From Bacillota bacterium (GTDB taxonomy: Bacteria; Bacillota; Sulfobacillia; Fermentithermobacillales; Fermentithermobacillaceae): a stretch of 64,000 nt of DNA. The stretch covers positions 12,676 to 76,675 of the forward strand of contig JBBDIP010000049.1 in NCBI GenBank assembly GCA_040880305.1, in the 5' to 3' direction. Below are positions 47,724 to 56,294 of the stretch, in pieces. The notes beneath the pieces are model-generated. The model ran no database searches. It saw nothing but the letters and a program-made list of their open reading frames with translations, and was not told where the DNA came from. Within the stretch, counting starts at the first letter, position 1. Every line of letters begins with the position of its first letter. The position numbers and the translations under genes are program-made.

Positions 47724-47924
47724 TCACGGCAGGAGGAAAGTGGCCTTCACGGCTGTAAAGAAATCCGAGACCAATCTGGTCACCATGGTGAGCACCACGA
47801 TGATGCCGGTCAGGGTGATCAGCCACGCGTACTCTTCCTTGCCGGCCTGTTTAATGACCGAATGGAGGACGGAAACGATGATCGCCATGCCGGCGATCTT
47901 GAATATGAGGTCTACGCTCAGCAT
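47724..47924 (-). CDS. spoIIIAC: stage III sporulation protein AC
   Basis: 66-aa two-TM protein, MLSVDLIFKIAG.. Confidence 0.85.
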   Translation of the reverse strand: MLSVDLIFKIAGMAIIVSVLHSVIKQAGKEEYAWLITLTGIIVVLTMVTRLVSDFFTAVKATFLLP

Positions 47925-47964
47925 GTGGACGAACCTCCCCCGCAGACACTAACCGCGCCGGACT

Positions 47965-48498
47965 CTACAAAAGGACGATGGCGACACAGGCGCCTCCAAA
48001 CACTCCCAGATAGCGGTACAGTTTCGCCCGCTTGCGGCACTCGTCCTCGAACTGTGTTCTACGGGACCGGGCCTTGCCAATGGACATCTCTATATATCTC
48101 TCCTGCTCCTTATGACCGGACGTACCAAGGCTCCCGGCCAAGTCTCTGAGCAGTTCCCGTTCAAACCGGGGCACCTTCCCGCCGTCCTCGGCCAGCGCTT
48201 GGTCCAGCGCTTCGATCGCCGTCCGGCGCTGAGACAGTCCGGTGAGGGCTCCAAACCTTCGGAGGAGCGAGCCGGTAGCGCCGCCTGCCCTCTCCCCCGC
48301 CCTCGCCAGGGCGCCGGGGAGGGGTGTGAGCGAGTAGGAGATCTCTCCAGACAGGCAGAGCAGGGCAAGTTCCAGCCTCTCAAGTTCCTTGAGCTCGGAT
48401 TCAAGCCGTCCCGCCAGGCCGAAACCGGCGATCCCGCCTGCCGCGATCACAAGGACCGAACCCAGGACTTTGGATATGGGGATCCACGCGGCGCTCAC
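47965..48498 (-). CDS. spoIIIAB: stage III sporulation protein AB
   Basis: 177 aa. Operon position between AA and AC. Confidence 0.8.
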   Translation of the reverse strand: MSAAWIPISKVLGSVLVIAAGGIAGFGLAGRLESELKELERLELALLCLSGEISYSLTPLPGALARAGERAGGATGSLLRRFGALTGLSQRRTAIEALDQALAEDGGKVPRFERELLRDLAGSLGTSGHKEQERYIEMSIGKARSRRTQFEDECRKRAKLYRYLGVFGGACVAIVLL

Positions 48499-49436
48499 GT
48501 CAATCCCCCCGCGTACTCGACGGTACCCGGACCTTTGCGCCTGGATAGCACCACGGCGCGCTCAAAGTAGCCGGAGGACACAAGCCACGACGAGTAGGGG
48601 CGGCGCTTCACCCCATCCACGCTTTCCCCGTGACAGGTGGCCAGCATGGACGCCCCGGCCGACAATGCGGTGGCGACGGCTCTGGCATCCTCGTCGCTCC
48701 CGATCTCGTCGGTCGCGATCACCCCGGGTCCCATGGACCTTAAGAGCATCATGATCCCCTTGGCCTTCGGGCACCTGTCCAACACGTCCACCCGCAACCC
48801 CAGGTCGTGCTGTGGGACGCCCGAGTAGCAGGCGGCTATCTCGGATCTCTCATCGACGATGCCCACCTGGGACGGGAGAAGGCCCGCGGGCGCGTAGCCT
48901 TCGGCCGAAATGCGGCAGAGGTCGCGAAGCAGCGTGGTCTTTCCACAGCCCGGCGGGGAGATAATGAGCGTTGAAAGCAATCGTCCGGACCCTCCCGAGA
49001 GCCGTGCGGCCAGCCTCTCTCCCGCCCCGCGAACCGCTCTGGCGACGCGAAAACTCATGCCGCCGACTTCTCTTATCCGCACGGACCCATCGGGCCAAAC
49101 CGCCACCTGCCCGACCAGACCCACTCGATGTCCGCCGGGGATGGTGATGTACCCGTTGGAGAACTCGTTCTCCAGGGCGTAGTAGGAGCAGTTGCTCACC
49201 AGCGACAAGGTCTTTTCTATTTCGTCGCGAGTGACGACGCCGCCGCTGAGGAGGGCGTCGGTCCCGAGGTAGACAACGCAGACCGGGCATCCGGCACGCA
49301 GCCTTACCTCGGCAACCGTGCTCGCTTCGGCGGGGTGCTTTGAAAGCCAGTCGCGTACCAGTTTCTGCAGCCGTCCGGGGAATAGCGGGAGGACGTCGCA
49401 CTCCAGCGGGTCGTTGGGCCTTTCAAGAGCTTGCAC
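48495..49436 (-). CDS. spoIIIAA: stage III sporulation protein AA (AAA ATPase)
   Basis: Walker A PPGCGKTTLLRDL, Walker B ..VIATDEIG.. GTG start with GGGAGG upstream. Confidence 0.88.
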   Translation of the reverse strand: MQALERPNDPLECDVLPLFPGRLQKLVRDWLSKHPAEASTVAEVRLRAGCPVCVVYLGTDALLSGGVVTRDEIEKTLSLVSNCSYYALENEFSNGYITIPGGHRVGLVGQVAVWPDGSVRIREVGGMSFRVARAVRGAGERLAARLSGGSGRLLSTLIISPPGCGKTTLLRDLCRISAEGYAPAGLLPSQVGIVDERSEIAACYSGVPQHDLGLRVDVLDRCPKAKGIMMLLRSMGPGVIATDEIGSDEDARAVATALSAGASMLATCHGESVDGVKRRPYSSWLVSSGYFERAVVLSRRKGPGTVEYAGGLT

Positions 49437-49499
49437 CGTCGTCCATGCCTCCCGTTGTCATAACATATTTGCGGGGGGAGGCTTGTATGACTGGGAGGG

Positions 49500-49841
49500 C
49501 TAACCTAAGAGAGTTACTAGCCGGCCGAGGATCTCGGCCATCACGCTGTCGGGGAGCGAGCATACAAATTGCGCCCTTCTAGCCTGCCAGTCCAGGCTCT
49601 TCACCTGGTCAGACAACACAACGCCAACGATTGGGAGTCCATCGGGGATGGCCACCTCAAAAGGATAGCCTTTGACCAAAGACGTAATGGGACAGAAAAT
49701 CCCCAAGCCGACCTTCTTGTTGTACTGCAGCGGGGATAAGGTCACCGCTGGCCGAGTCCCCATCTGCTCGTGCCCTAGCTGGGGGTCGAAGGAAAGCCAC
49801 ACAATATCGCCTCTGGAGGGAGCATAGGCGCGCTCCATCAC
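49500..49841 (-). CDS. mazF: MazF-type endoribonuclease toxin
   Basis: Colinear by eye with E. coli MazF (GDIVWLSFDP..G.EQ.G.RPAV.LSP..YN.K.G.....P.T...KGYPFEV......DGV.L.DQVKS.DW.AR). Confidence 0.9.
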   Translation of the reverse strand: MMERAYAPSRGDIVWLSFDPQLGHEQMGTRPAVTLSPLQYNKKVGLGIFCPITSLVKGYPFEVAIPDGLPIVGVVLSDQVKSLDWQARRAQFVCSLPDSVMAEILGRLVTLLG

Positions 49842-50077
49842 CAGGTCTCCTTCCCAACGGGGCCGCCAAACTGGACCTCGCGGTGGATGTTGTCCTTGGT
49901 GACCTTGGACAGCAGTTCCTTGAGAGTAAGAGTCCTGGGGGCCTGCCGGATTACCAGCCTATCGCCGTCGATCGAGAGAGTGACTGGAGATCCGGGTCGG
50001 AGGTCCATCTCGGAAGCGAATGCATTCGGGATTCGGAGCGCCAGGCTGTTGCCCCATTTCTGAACGGTGGTTTTCAC
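49838..50077 (-). CDS. mazE: MazE antitoxin (AbrB/SpoVT fold)
   Basis: ..VQKWGNSLALRIP.. and the C-terminus ..TLKELLSKVTKDNIHREVQFGGPVGKETW parallel E. coli MazE. Start set to GTG at 50077 (GGGGGG 9 nt upstream); the track uses TTG at 50086. 4-nt overlap with mazF. Confidence 0.87.
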   Translation of the reverse strand: MKTTVQKWGNSLALRIPNAFASEMDLRPGSPVTLSIDGDRLVIRQAPRTLTLKELLSKVTKDNIHREVQFGGPVGKETW

Positions 50078-50118
50078 GAGTTCCAACCCCCCTTGCGTAT
50101 CTACAATGATTATACATG

Positions 50119-50148
50119 ACCGCGGGGGGTCGTGCGAGCCCCCGCGGT
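50119..50148 (-). terminator. hairpin after the DUF1657 gene
   Basis: ACCGCGGGGG-n10-CCCCCGCGGT (10-bp stem), 27 nt after the stop. On the minus strand it is followed by CATGTATAATCATTG, which also contains a TATAAT upstream of mazE. Confidence 0.4.
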
Positions 50149-50174
50149 GGAAGAGACGAAGTACGCTCCCTCAT

Positions 50175-50384
50175 CTACTGAGGCTGCTTGTACTGCGGCT
50201 TCTGTCCTTCAATCTCGCTCAGCCTGGACTCCAGCGAATCCGCTATGGTCTTGGTCTGTGCGGCCGCTGACTGGTAGAGCTGTTTGGCGGTCGGATTGTC
50301 GGTGTCGAGCGCGAATCCCTCCAGGGACGCGTTCGCGCTCTTCAGGCTCGCAACGCACTGCTTGACCTTCAGAGGAACGGTCAT
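50175..50384 (-). CDS. DUF1657 small protein (spore-associated family)
   Basis: Track ORF trimmed to Met11. ..VKQCVASLKSANASLEGFALDT.N..AKQLY..........I...LE.R...IE...PQYK matches my recollection of the DUF1657 pattern. Confidence 0.65.
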   Translation of the reverse strand: MTVPLKVKQCVASLKSANASLEGFALDTDNPTAKQLYQSAAAQTKTIADSLESRLSEIEGQKPQYKQPQ

Positions 50385-50703
50385 ATCGTCACCCCCGTAG
50401 AAGCGTCTGCACACTAGGCTCAGTTGATACAGGCCCTGTCCGCATCGCTGGTTCTACGGATGACCCAATCCTGACTACTGGATATACCTCACCCTTCGCT
50501 ACTGTTCAGAAAAACCACCCCAGACACGCGAGGAGCGTTTCGGCTTGGGCCCCAGCGATCGTGTCTCATGCAGGTCATGCGCTCTTCGCTCATTTCCGGT
50601 GCTTAATATTAGTGAGATATACATTTACAACATTAACTAACCTGAGAAGGAATGTCACATTGTCTGTGGAACATTCAAGGTGGAGAAAGAAGGGGTGTAT
50701 TTC

Positions 50704-51996
50704 ATGGGCGGCGATACCAGAGTAGTACACCACAACATCCGAGTGAACTTGGCCCCCGAACGAGGCACGATGGCTGCCACGGACACCATGTTCTTCGGGG
50801 GTGAGGGTACCGAACTACTGGTCTATCTCGGTAAAGGCTTCACTCTGACCGAAGCCACTCAGGGCGGTCGCAACCTGAGCATCGAAATGGTGGAGGAGCA
50901 AAGACGGGCACGTCGTTATCGGCTTTCCGGTTGGGATCCGACGAGGATGACGGCTACCCTCAAATGGGAAGGAAGAGTTGGAGAATTCGAGGTGTCGAAA
51001 GTCTGCTCCATCAGCCCACGGGTCGTTGAGTTGTCGGGTTTCGGTGCTTGGTTCCCAACCATCAAGCCGAGCTGCTATGATGAGCAGTTCACCTACCAAC
51101 TCGATGCGGATCTTCCGGAAGACTGGGCTCTGGTGATGCCAGGGATTTCGTCCCACGGCGATGTGCGGCGGCGTCACCATGACTGGCAGCGCCCCATTGA
51201 GGATATTTTCATCTGCGCGGCCCCCCATCTCAACCATCTGGAATCCGAGACGGATGGTCAAGTACTGCGGGTTTACTTTGCGGGCCTGAGTGTGGAAGTA
51301 GGTACAGCGCTAATTGATGATTATGTTCAGTCGGTTAGAATGATGGAAAAGTACTTTGGCTCCATGTTGCACGGACGAGGCGGTGTGGTGGTGATCTCAC
51401 CGCGCAGCCCTAGTGGTGACAGCTGGGGTTTTGAGCGCGGTGACCTGTGGGTAGCGGGCGATGAGTTTGTGAATGGACTAGTGAAGAGCGATTGGCAGCC
51501 GGATTACCTGCCGGGCCCGATGTCGCCGTCTTTGCATGAGTCAATCCACTCTTGGATCGGGTTGGGTCTCCAGTTCGTTCAGCCTTGGCTGGCCGAGTCC
51601 ATCACCCAGTACCTTCAGGTCGTTCTATCAGAGGAGCTGTTCTCGCAACCCGGACTAGCGGACTCATACTTTCAGTGGTATGTACCCAGGATTCGGGCCG
51701 CGCTTGTCAGAGACGACCGGGCGATTGCGAATCTAACGCTAGCTGACAATCCCTATGACCACTGGTATCTGAAGGGCAGCTGGTGTTTCTGGGACCTTGA
51801 GTCGGAGGTCGGGCGTGATGGTCTGATTTCGGCGCTTGCGGCCATCTACCGTCACCACGTAGCAGCAACTTTGGACTATGATAGCTTTGTGCGCGAGATG
51901 AGTGAACAACTATGTCGACCGCTGGACGAGCACTTCAACTACTGGTTCAAGGAGCGAGACTTTTCGCCGTTATGCCGTTCCACTCTGGAACTCTAG
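50704..51996 (+). CDS. divergent M1-like (gluzincin) metallopeptidase
   Basis: HESIHSWIG...WLAES, i.e. HExxH plus a downstream Glu with W.G and WL.E as in M1 aminopeptidases, but the spacer is X15, not X18. GFER sits where GxMEN is expected. Start set to ATG at 50704 (AGGGG 8 nt upstream); the track GTG at 50680 has no RBS. Confidence 0.55.
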   Translation: MGGDTRVVHHNIRVNLAPERGTMAATDTMFFGGEGTELLVYLGKGFTLTEATQGGRNLSIEMVEEQRRARRYRLSGWDPTRMTATLKWEGRVGEFEVSKVCSISPRVVELSGFGAWFPTIKPSCYDEQFTYQLDADLPEDWALVMPGISSHGDVRRRHHDWQRPIEDIFICAAPHLNHLESETDGQVLRVYFAGLSVEVGTALIDDYVQSVRMMEKYFGSMLHGRGGVVVISPRSPSGDSWGFERGDLWVAGDEFVNGLVKSDWQPDYLPGPMSPSLHESIHSWIGLGLQFVQPWLAESITQYLQVVLSEELFSQPGLADSYFQWYVPRIRAALVRDDRAIANLTLADNPYDHWYLKGSWCFWDLESEVGRDGLISALAAIYRHHVAATLDYDSFVREMSEQLCRPLDEHFNYWFKERDFSPLCRSTLEL

Positions 51997-52092
51997 GGCG
52001 TATCATCCTCGGCATGGACGAGGCGGTTGAGCTCAACAAAGGGGACCGCCCCGATTTCTCGTAGGCATGCAACAAGCTTTTACAACAAGCCA

Positions 52093-52116
52093 GGGGCATC
52101 TCGACCGAGATGCCCC
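52093..52116. terminator. bidirectional hairpin between convergent genes
   Basis: GGGGCATCTC-gacc-GAGATGCCCC (10-11 bp stem) between the M1-like gene (plus strand) and the zinc-ribbon gene (minus strand). Flanking T-tracts are weak. Confidence 0.5.
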
Positions 52117-52141
52117 TTACGCACTCAGTCTGCGTTCAGAC

Positions 52142-52609
52142 CTATACTGTCTTGTCTCTGCCCTTCTTGCCCTTGGGCTGCGACTTCTCTTCTTCCTCTT
52201 CGCCCTCTTCAGCGCACTCCGGACACTCGCACTCCGCTTCATCTTCGTCGTCCCAGTCGACTTCGTCGGCCGTGAACGACTCGCCACACTCGGGGCAGAC
52301 GACCTCAGTGTCAGGATCGTCCAGGACTGACGACTCGACCTCGATCAGTTCCCCGCAGTTGGGGCACTCCAGCTCCACGAAGTCCTCACCGTAGACTTCT
52401 TCCTCGACATCCGACAGGTCCTCATCTAGCGAGTCGATGTAGTCCTGCATGTCGTCCTGGGCCTCGGCCTGCTCCTCGATGGCCTGCGCCATCTCCTTGA
52501 GCACGTCACAGATCACCTTAATGGCCTTGCCTTCCTTGGTGGCCTCCGAAATGTCCAAGCCATCAACCAAACCCTGCAAATACGAGACCTTTTCTTTGAG
52601 TTGCGACAT
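52142..52609 (-). CDS. acidic zinc-ribbon protein (CD1247 N-terminal-domain-like)
   Basis: Track ORF trimmed to Met8 (MSQLKEKVSYLQGLVDGL..). CPNCG...CPECG zinc ribbon plus CECPEC, highly acidic. Conserved neighbour of efp in Clostridia, as far as I recall. Confidence 0.55.
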   Translation of the reverse strand: MSQLKEKVSYLQGLVDGLDISEATKEGKAIKVICDVLKEMAQAIEEQAEAQDDMQDYIDSLDEDLSDVEEEVYGEDFVELECPNCGELIEVESSVLDDPDTEVVCPECGESFTADEVDWDDEDEAECECPECAEEGEEEEEKSQPKGKKGRDKTV

Positions 52610-52642
52610 CCTGACCCCTCCTTTGCCCACAGAGCAGTTGTT

Positions 52643-53209
52643 TTACTTTACCCTCTCGATATACGACCCGATCCTGGTGTCAACCTTGACCACGTCGCCC
52701 TGATTGATGAACAAGGGAACCTTGACTGTAGCGCCGGTCTCGAGTTTGGCGAGTTTTGTACCGCCTGTGGCGGTATCGCCCTTGAAGCCCGGGTCGGTCT
52801 CAACCACTTCAAGGTCCACAAAGTTTGGAACCTCGATGCCAATCACCCTGTTATCATAGCTCAGGACAAACACGTTCATGTTTTCCTTGAGGTACTGAGC
52901 GCCGCCGCCGATGTCTTTGCGTGAGACGGTTACCTGCTCGTAGGATGAAGTGTCCATGAGCGTGTAGTCGTCGTCCACCCCGTACAGATACTGGGCTTCT
53001 CTGCGCTCGATAAGGGCTTTGGGGAGTCTCTCGCCCGCGTTGAAAGTCTTCTCGAGCACCGCGCCGGTGATAACGTTCTTTATCTTGGCGCGGACAAACG
53101 CCGAGCCCTTGCCCGGCTTCACATGCTGGAAGTCCACGACGACCCAGGGCTGGCCATCGATCTCAACGGTCACACCGGTATGGAAGTCGTTGGTTGATAT
53201 CACGCGCAT
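52643..53209 (-). CDS. efp: elongation factor P
   Basis: ..DGQPWVVVDFQHVKPGKGSAFVRAKIKN.. with the conserved KPGKG loop, 188 aa. Confidence 0.95.
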   Translation of the reverse strand: MRVISTNDFHTGVTVEIDGQPWVVVDFQHVKPGKGSAFVRAKIKNVITGAVLEKTFNAGERLPKALIERREAQYLYGVDDDYTLMDTSSYEQVTVSRKDIGGGAQYLKENMNVFVLSYDNRVIGIEVPNFVDLEVVETDPGFKGDTATGGTKLAKLETGATVKVPLFINQGDVVKVDTRIGSYIERVK

Positions 53210-53256
53210 CCCTCGCTATCAAAGAGACCTGGCCGAATAGCCCCTTCGTTTACCTA

Positions 53257-54336
53257 TCATTTGTCCAGGACCTTGAGTTCTTTCGGGCTGTGAGACAGGA
53301 TCCTGCTGCCCGTTTCTGTCACCAGGACAATATCCTCGATCCGGCAGCCGCCAAAGCCCGGGATGTAGATCCCCGGCTCGACAGTCACGATCATGCCCGG
53401 TGCCAGGACGTTATCAGACTTCTTACCGGCGCTTGGCCCTTCATGGACGTTCAACCCAACGCCGTGCCCAATGCCATGCCCAAAATACTGGCCGTACCCG
53501 GCGGCGTCGATGACCTTGCGGCCCGCCGCGTCGACGTCCATGCCCTTCACGCCCGGCTTCACCGCCTCGAGACCTGCGAGTTGGGCTTCCAGAACCACGT
53601 TGTAGATCTCCTCGTGCTTCTTGTCCAAGCGCCCGACGACGAAGGTCCTGGTCTCGTCCGAGCAGTAACCCTGGCACCGCGCGCCAAAGTCGAACGTGAG
53701 GAAGTCGCGGTCGGCGACCTTCCTTTCGCTGGGAACCCCGTGTGGGAGTGACGACCTCTCGCCGCTCACCGCGATAATCGGAAACGCGAGTCCCTCAGAC
53801 CCCATCCTTCGCATCGTGAACTCGAACTCGAGGGCGAGGTCGATCTCCCGTGACCCCAGACGAATAGAGTTGGTCAGCAGCGCAAACGCGTCGTCGGCGA
53901 TATCCTGGGCCTTCTGTATGAACTGGACTTCCTGCGGGGTCTTGACCATTCTCAGTTCCTCAACCCAAAGCGAGACTCCGACCAGTTCAACCCCCTCGAA
54001 ACGCTCCTTCAGCTTTTCCCAGGCCGAGTAGGTGACGTGCTCCTTCTCGAACGCGAGCCTCTTCAGGCCCTCACGCTGGACTGTGGTTTTGATCTCGTCG
54101 GTCTCGACCTTGGTCATGACGGCGGAGAAACCCACGGCCTCTTCCTGGGCTTCCTCTATGTAACGCGAGTCGGTGAAGAGGTATGCGGACTTGTCGGTTA
54201 TGAGGAGGGCACCAGCATCCCCGCGAAAGCCTGTTATGTAGCGCCAGTTCAAAAACGTGGTCACCAACAAACCGTCGACAGACTCCTGGGCCATCTTCTC
54301 CCTAAGCTTGTCTACCCTGACATTGGGAGCGCTCAA
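53257..54336 (-). CDS. Xaa-Pro aminopeptidase/dipeptidase (M24B)
   Basis: Creatinase-like N-domain. Metal ligands in ..FDFGA...GYCSD.. and HGIGHGVGLNVHE, ..VEPGIY.. TTG start with GGAGG at 7-nt spacing. Confidence 0.88.
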   Translation of the reverse strand: MSAPNVRVDKLREKMAQESVDGLLVTTFLNWRYITGFRGDAGALLITDKSAYLFTDSRYIEEAQEEAVGFSAVMTKVETDEIKTTVQREGLKRLAFEKEHVTYSAWEKLKERFEGVELVGVSLWVEELRMVKTPQEVQFIQKAQDIADDAFALLTNSIRLGSREIDLALEFEFTMRRMGSEGLAFPIIAVSGERSSLPHGVPSERKVADRDFLTFDFGARCQGYCSDETRTFVVGRLDKKHEEIYNVVLEAQLAGLEAVKPGVKGMDVDAAGRKVIDAAGYGQYFGHGIGHGVGLNVHEGPSAGKKSDNVLAPGMIVTVEPGIYIPGFGGCRIEDIVLVTETGSRILSHSPKELKVLDK

Positions 54337-54370
54337 AGCATCGCCTCCAACCTCTGGAATTCACTTGCCA

Positions 54371-54379
54371 ATTCTATCA
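54371..54379 (-). promoter_or_regulatory. possible extended -10 promoter (TGaTAGAAT) for the pepP-efp unit
   Basis: The minus strand reads ctgTGaTAGAATtgg, ~35 nt upstream of the TTG start. No convincing -35. Confidence 0.3.
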
Positions 54380-54455
54380 CAGCCCGTAGTTCGCCTGCAC
54401 CTTGATCGCCGGCAGCAGACAACCTCTTCGGGAGGCACAGCACCGCCGGATGCAA

Positions 54456-54774
54456 CCCCGATGATGCTCTCAGCATCACCCTCGAGGCGGAGGTGCTGCT
54501 GAGAACAGCAGCTTTCCAGCCGACCTGATGCTCACAGCATCACCTTCGACCCGACCGAGGCAGCCGCCGACCCCGATGATGCTCTCAGCATCACCCTCGA
54601 GGCGGAGGTGCTGCTGAAAGCAGCAGCCTTCCAGCCGACCTGATGCTCAAAGCATCACCTTCGACCCGACCGAGGCAGCCGCCGAGCCCGATGCTGCTCT
54701 AAGCATCACCCTCGAGGCGGAGGTGCTGCTGAAAGCAGCAGCCTTCCGCACGACCTGATGCTCAAAGCATCACC
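54456..54774. repeat. 2.8 tandem copies of a 115-bp unit, each with three short hairpins
   Basis: Units 54456-54570, 54571-54685 and 54686-54774 (truncated). Each contains TGATGCT-ctc-AGCATCA, GCTGCTG-agaa/aaag-CAGCAGC and TGATGCT-cac/caa-AGCATCA. Copies 1 and 2 differ at 4 of 115 positions. Confidence 0.88.
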
Positions 54775-54878
54775 CGAGATAGTCTCCAAGCAATAAGGAG
54801 CCCGGGTCCGGACCGCCTTGAGGCGCGGCGCGGAAACCCGGGCCAGCAATTCAGACTCTCAAGCGCCTGTGGCACCTC

Positions 54879-55022
54879 TCTCAGCGATGCTCTCAGCGAT
54901 GCTCTCAGCGATGCTCTCAGCGATGCTCTCAGCGCTGTTCTCAGCGATGCTCTCAGCGCTGTTCTCTGCGCTGCTCTTGGTGCTGCTCTCAGTGCTGCTA
55001 TTAGCGCCGCTATTACTCGTAG
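54879..55022. repeat. twelve tandem 12-bp repeats (tctcagcgatgc and variants) abutting the glyA stop codon
   Basis: Four perfect copies from 54879, then progressively degenerate ones (tctcagcgctgt, tctctgcgctgc, tcttggtgctgc, tctcagtgctgc, tattagcgccgc, tattactcgtag). The last copy overlaps the final glyA codons. Confidence 0.9.
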
Positions 55023-56281
55023 AACGGGTGCTTAGCGGTGAGTTCCTTGACTTCGGCAGCCACCTTGGCCTGCTCTGCCTCATCCGAGACGTTGGAGAGG
55101 CAGCGGTTGATGAGGGAGGCGATGACTTTCATGTCGCCCTCCTTCATCCCCCTGGTGGTCACGGCGGGAGTGCCGATGCGGATGCCGCTGGTCACCATGG
55201 GCTTCTTGGTGTCGAACGGGATGCCGTTCTTGTTCACCGTGATGCCGACCTTGTCCAGGGCGACTTCGGCGTCGCGGCCGGTGATGTTCTTGGAGGTGAG
55301 GTCGACCAACATGAGGTGGTTGTCGGTTCCGCCCGACACCAGCCTGAAGCCGCCCTTCACCATTTCCTCGGCCAGGGCGTGGGCGTTCTTCACGATCTGA
55401 GCCTGGTACTCCTTGAACGACGGCTCCAGCGCCTCTTTGAAGGCCACCGCTTTGGCGGCGATGATGTGCATGAGAGGACCGCCCTGGATGCCGGGGAAGA
55501 TGGCCTTGTCGATGGCGTTAGCCCAGTCCTGGGTGCAGAGGATCATGCCGCCCCTGGGCCCGCGCAGCGTCTTGTGGGTAGTGGTGGTCACAAACTGGGC
55601 GTAAGGCACGGGCGATGGGTGAAGCCCGGCGGCGATTAGCCCCGCAATGTGGGCCATATCCACCATGAGCAGGGCGCCGACCTCGTCGGCTATCTCGCGG
55701 AACTTGACGAAGTCGATGACCCTGGGGTACGCGCTGGCGCCGGCGACGATCAACTTGGGCTTGCATTCATTGGCAATCCTGCGAACCTCGTCGTAGTTGA
55801 TGCGCTCGGTGTCCTTGTCCACGCCGTAGGGCACGAAGTTGAAGTACTTGCCCGATATGTTGACCGGACTGCCGTGGGTCAAATGCCCGCCGTGCGCGAG
55901 GTTCATGCCGAGCACGGTGTCGCCCGGCTTAATGGCGGCAAAGTACACGCCTGTGTTGGCCTGGGCCCCGGAGTGAGGCTGGACGTTGGCGTGCTGGGCT
56001 CCGAAGATCTGCTTGGCCCTGTCCCTCGCCAGGTTCTCGGCGATATCCACGACCTCGCAACCGCCGTAGTAGCGGTGCGCGGGATACCCTTCGGCATACT
56101 TGTTGGTCAAAACTGAGCCCATGGCCTCGAGCACGGCCTTGGACACCAAGTTCTCTGAAGCAATGAGCTCGATGACGCTCATCTGGCGCGCCTTTTCGTC
56201 AAGGATCGTCTTGAAGATGTCGGGGTCAGACTGCGAGAGAGGTTTGGTCGTCATACCCACGTTGTGTTCCCTACCTTTCAT
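55013..56281 (-). CDS. glyA: serine hydroxymethyltransferase
   Basis: ..[32 protein letters not shown].., PLP-Lys motif [14 protein letters not shown]. The start may instead be Met10 at 56254. Confidence 0.93.
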   Translation of the reverse strand: MKGREHNVGMTTKPLSQSDPDIFKTILDEKARQMSVIELIASENLVSKAVLEAMGSVLTNKYAEGYPAHRYYGGCEVVDIAENLARDRAKQIFGAQHANVQPHSGAQANTGVYFAAIKPGDTVLGMNLAHGGHLTHGSPVNISGKYFNFVPYGVDKDTERINYDEVRRIANECKPKLIVAGASAYPRVIDFVKFREIADEVGALLMVDMAHIAGLIAAGLHPSPVPYAQFVTTTTHKTLRGPRGGMILCTQDWANAIDKAIFPGIQGGPLMHIIAAKAVAFKEALEPSFKEYQAQIVKNAHALAEEMVKGGFRLVSGGTDNHLMLVDLTSKNITGRDAEVALDKVGITVNKNGIPFDTKKPMVTSGIRIGTPAVTTRGMKEGDMKVIASLINRCLSNVSDEAEQAKVAAEVKELTAKHPFYE

Positions 56282-56294
56282 TTCTTACTGAATG

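Noticed and set aside
49483-49489. Sigma-E type -10 (CATACAA) upstream of spoIIIAA
   Set aside because: The -10 match and the position (~45 nt before the start, GGGAGG RBS) are attractive, but I found no acceptable -35 (ATA-containing) element at the right spacing.
50560-50679. Sporulation-sigma-like CATTAACTA element in the AT-richer spacer before the M1-like gene
   Set aside because: A single weak -10-like match with no supporting -35.
54818-55639. 273-aa plus-strand ORF (LSAMLSAMLSAM...) and 74-aa minus-strand ORF 54859..55083 (AESIAESIAESI...)
   Set aside because: The repetitive peptides are direct translations of the 12-bp minisatellite. The long ORF is antisense to glyA. The short one starts inside glyA in another frame.
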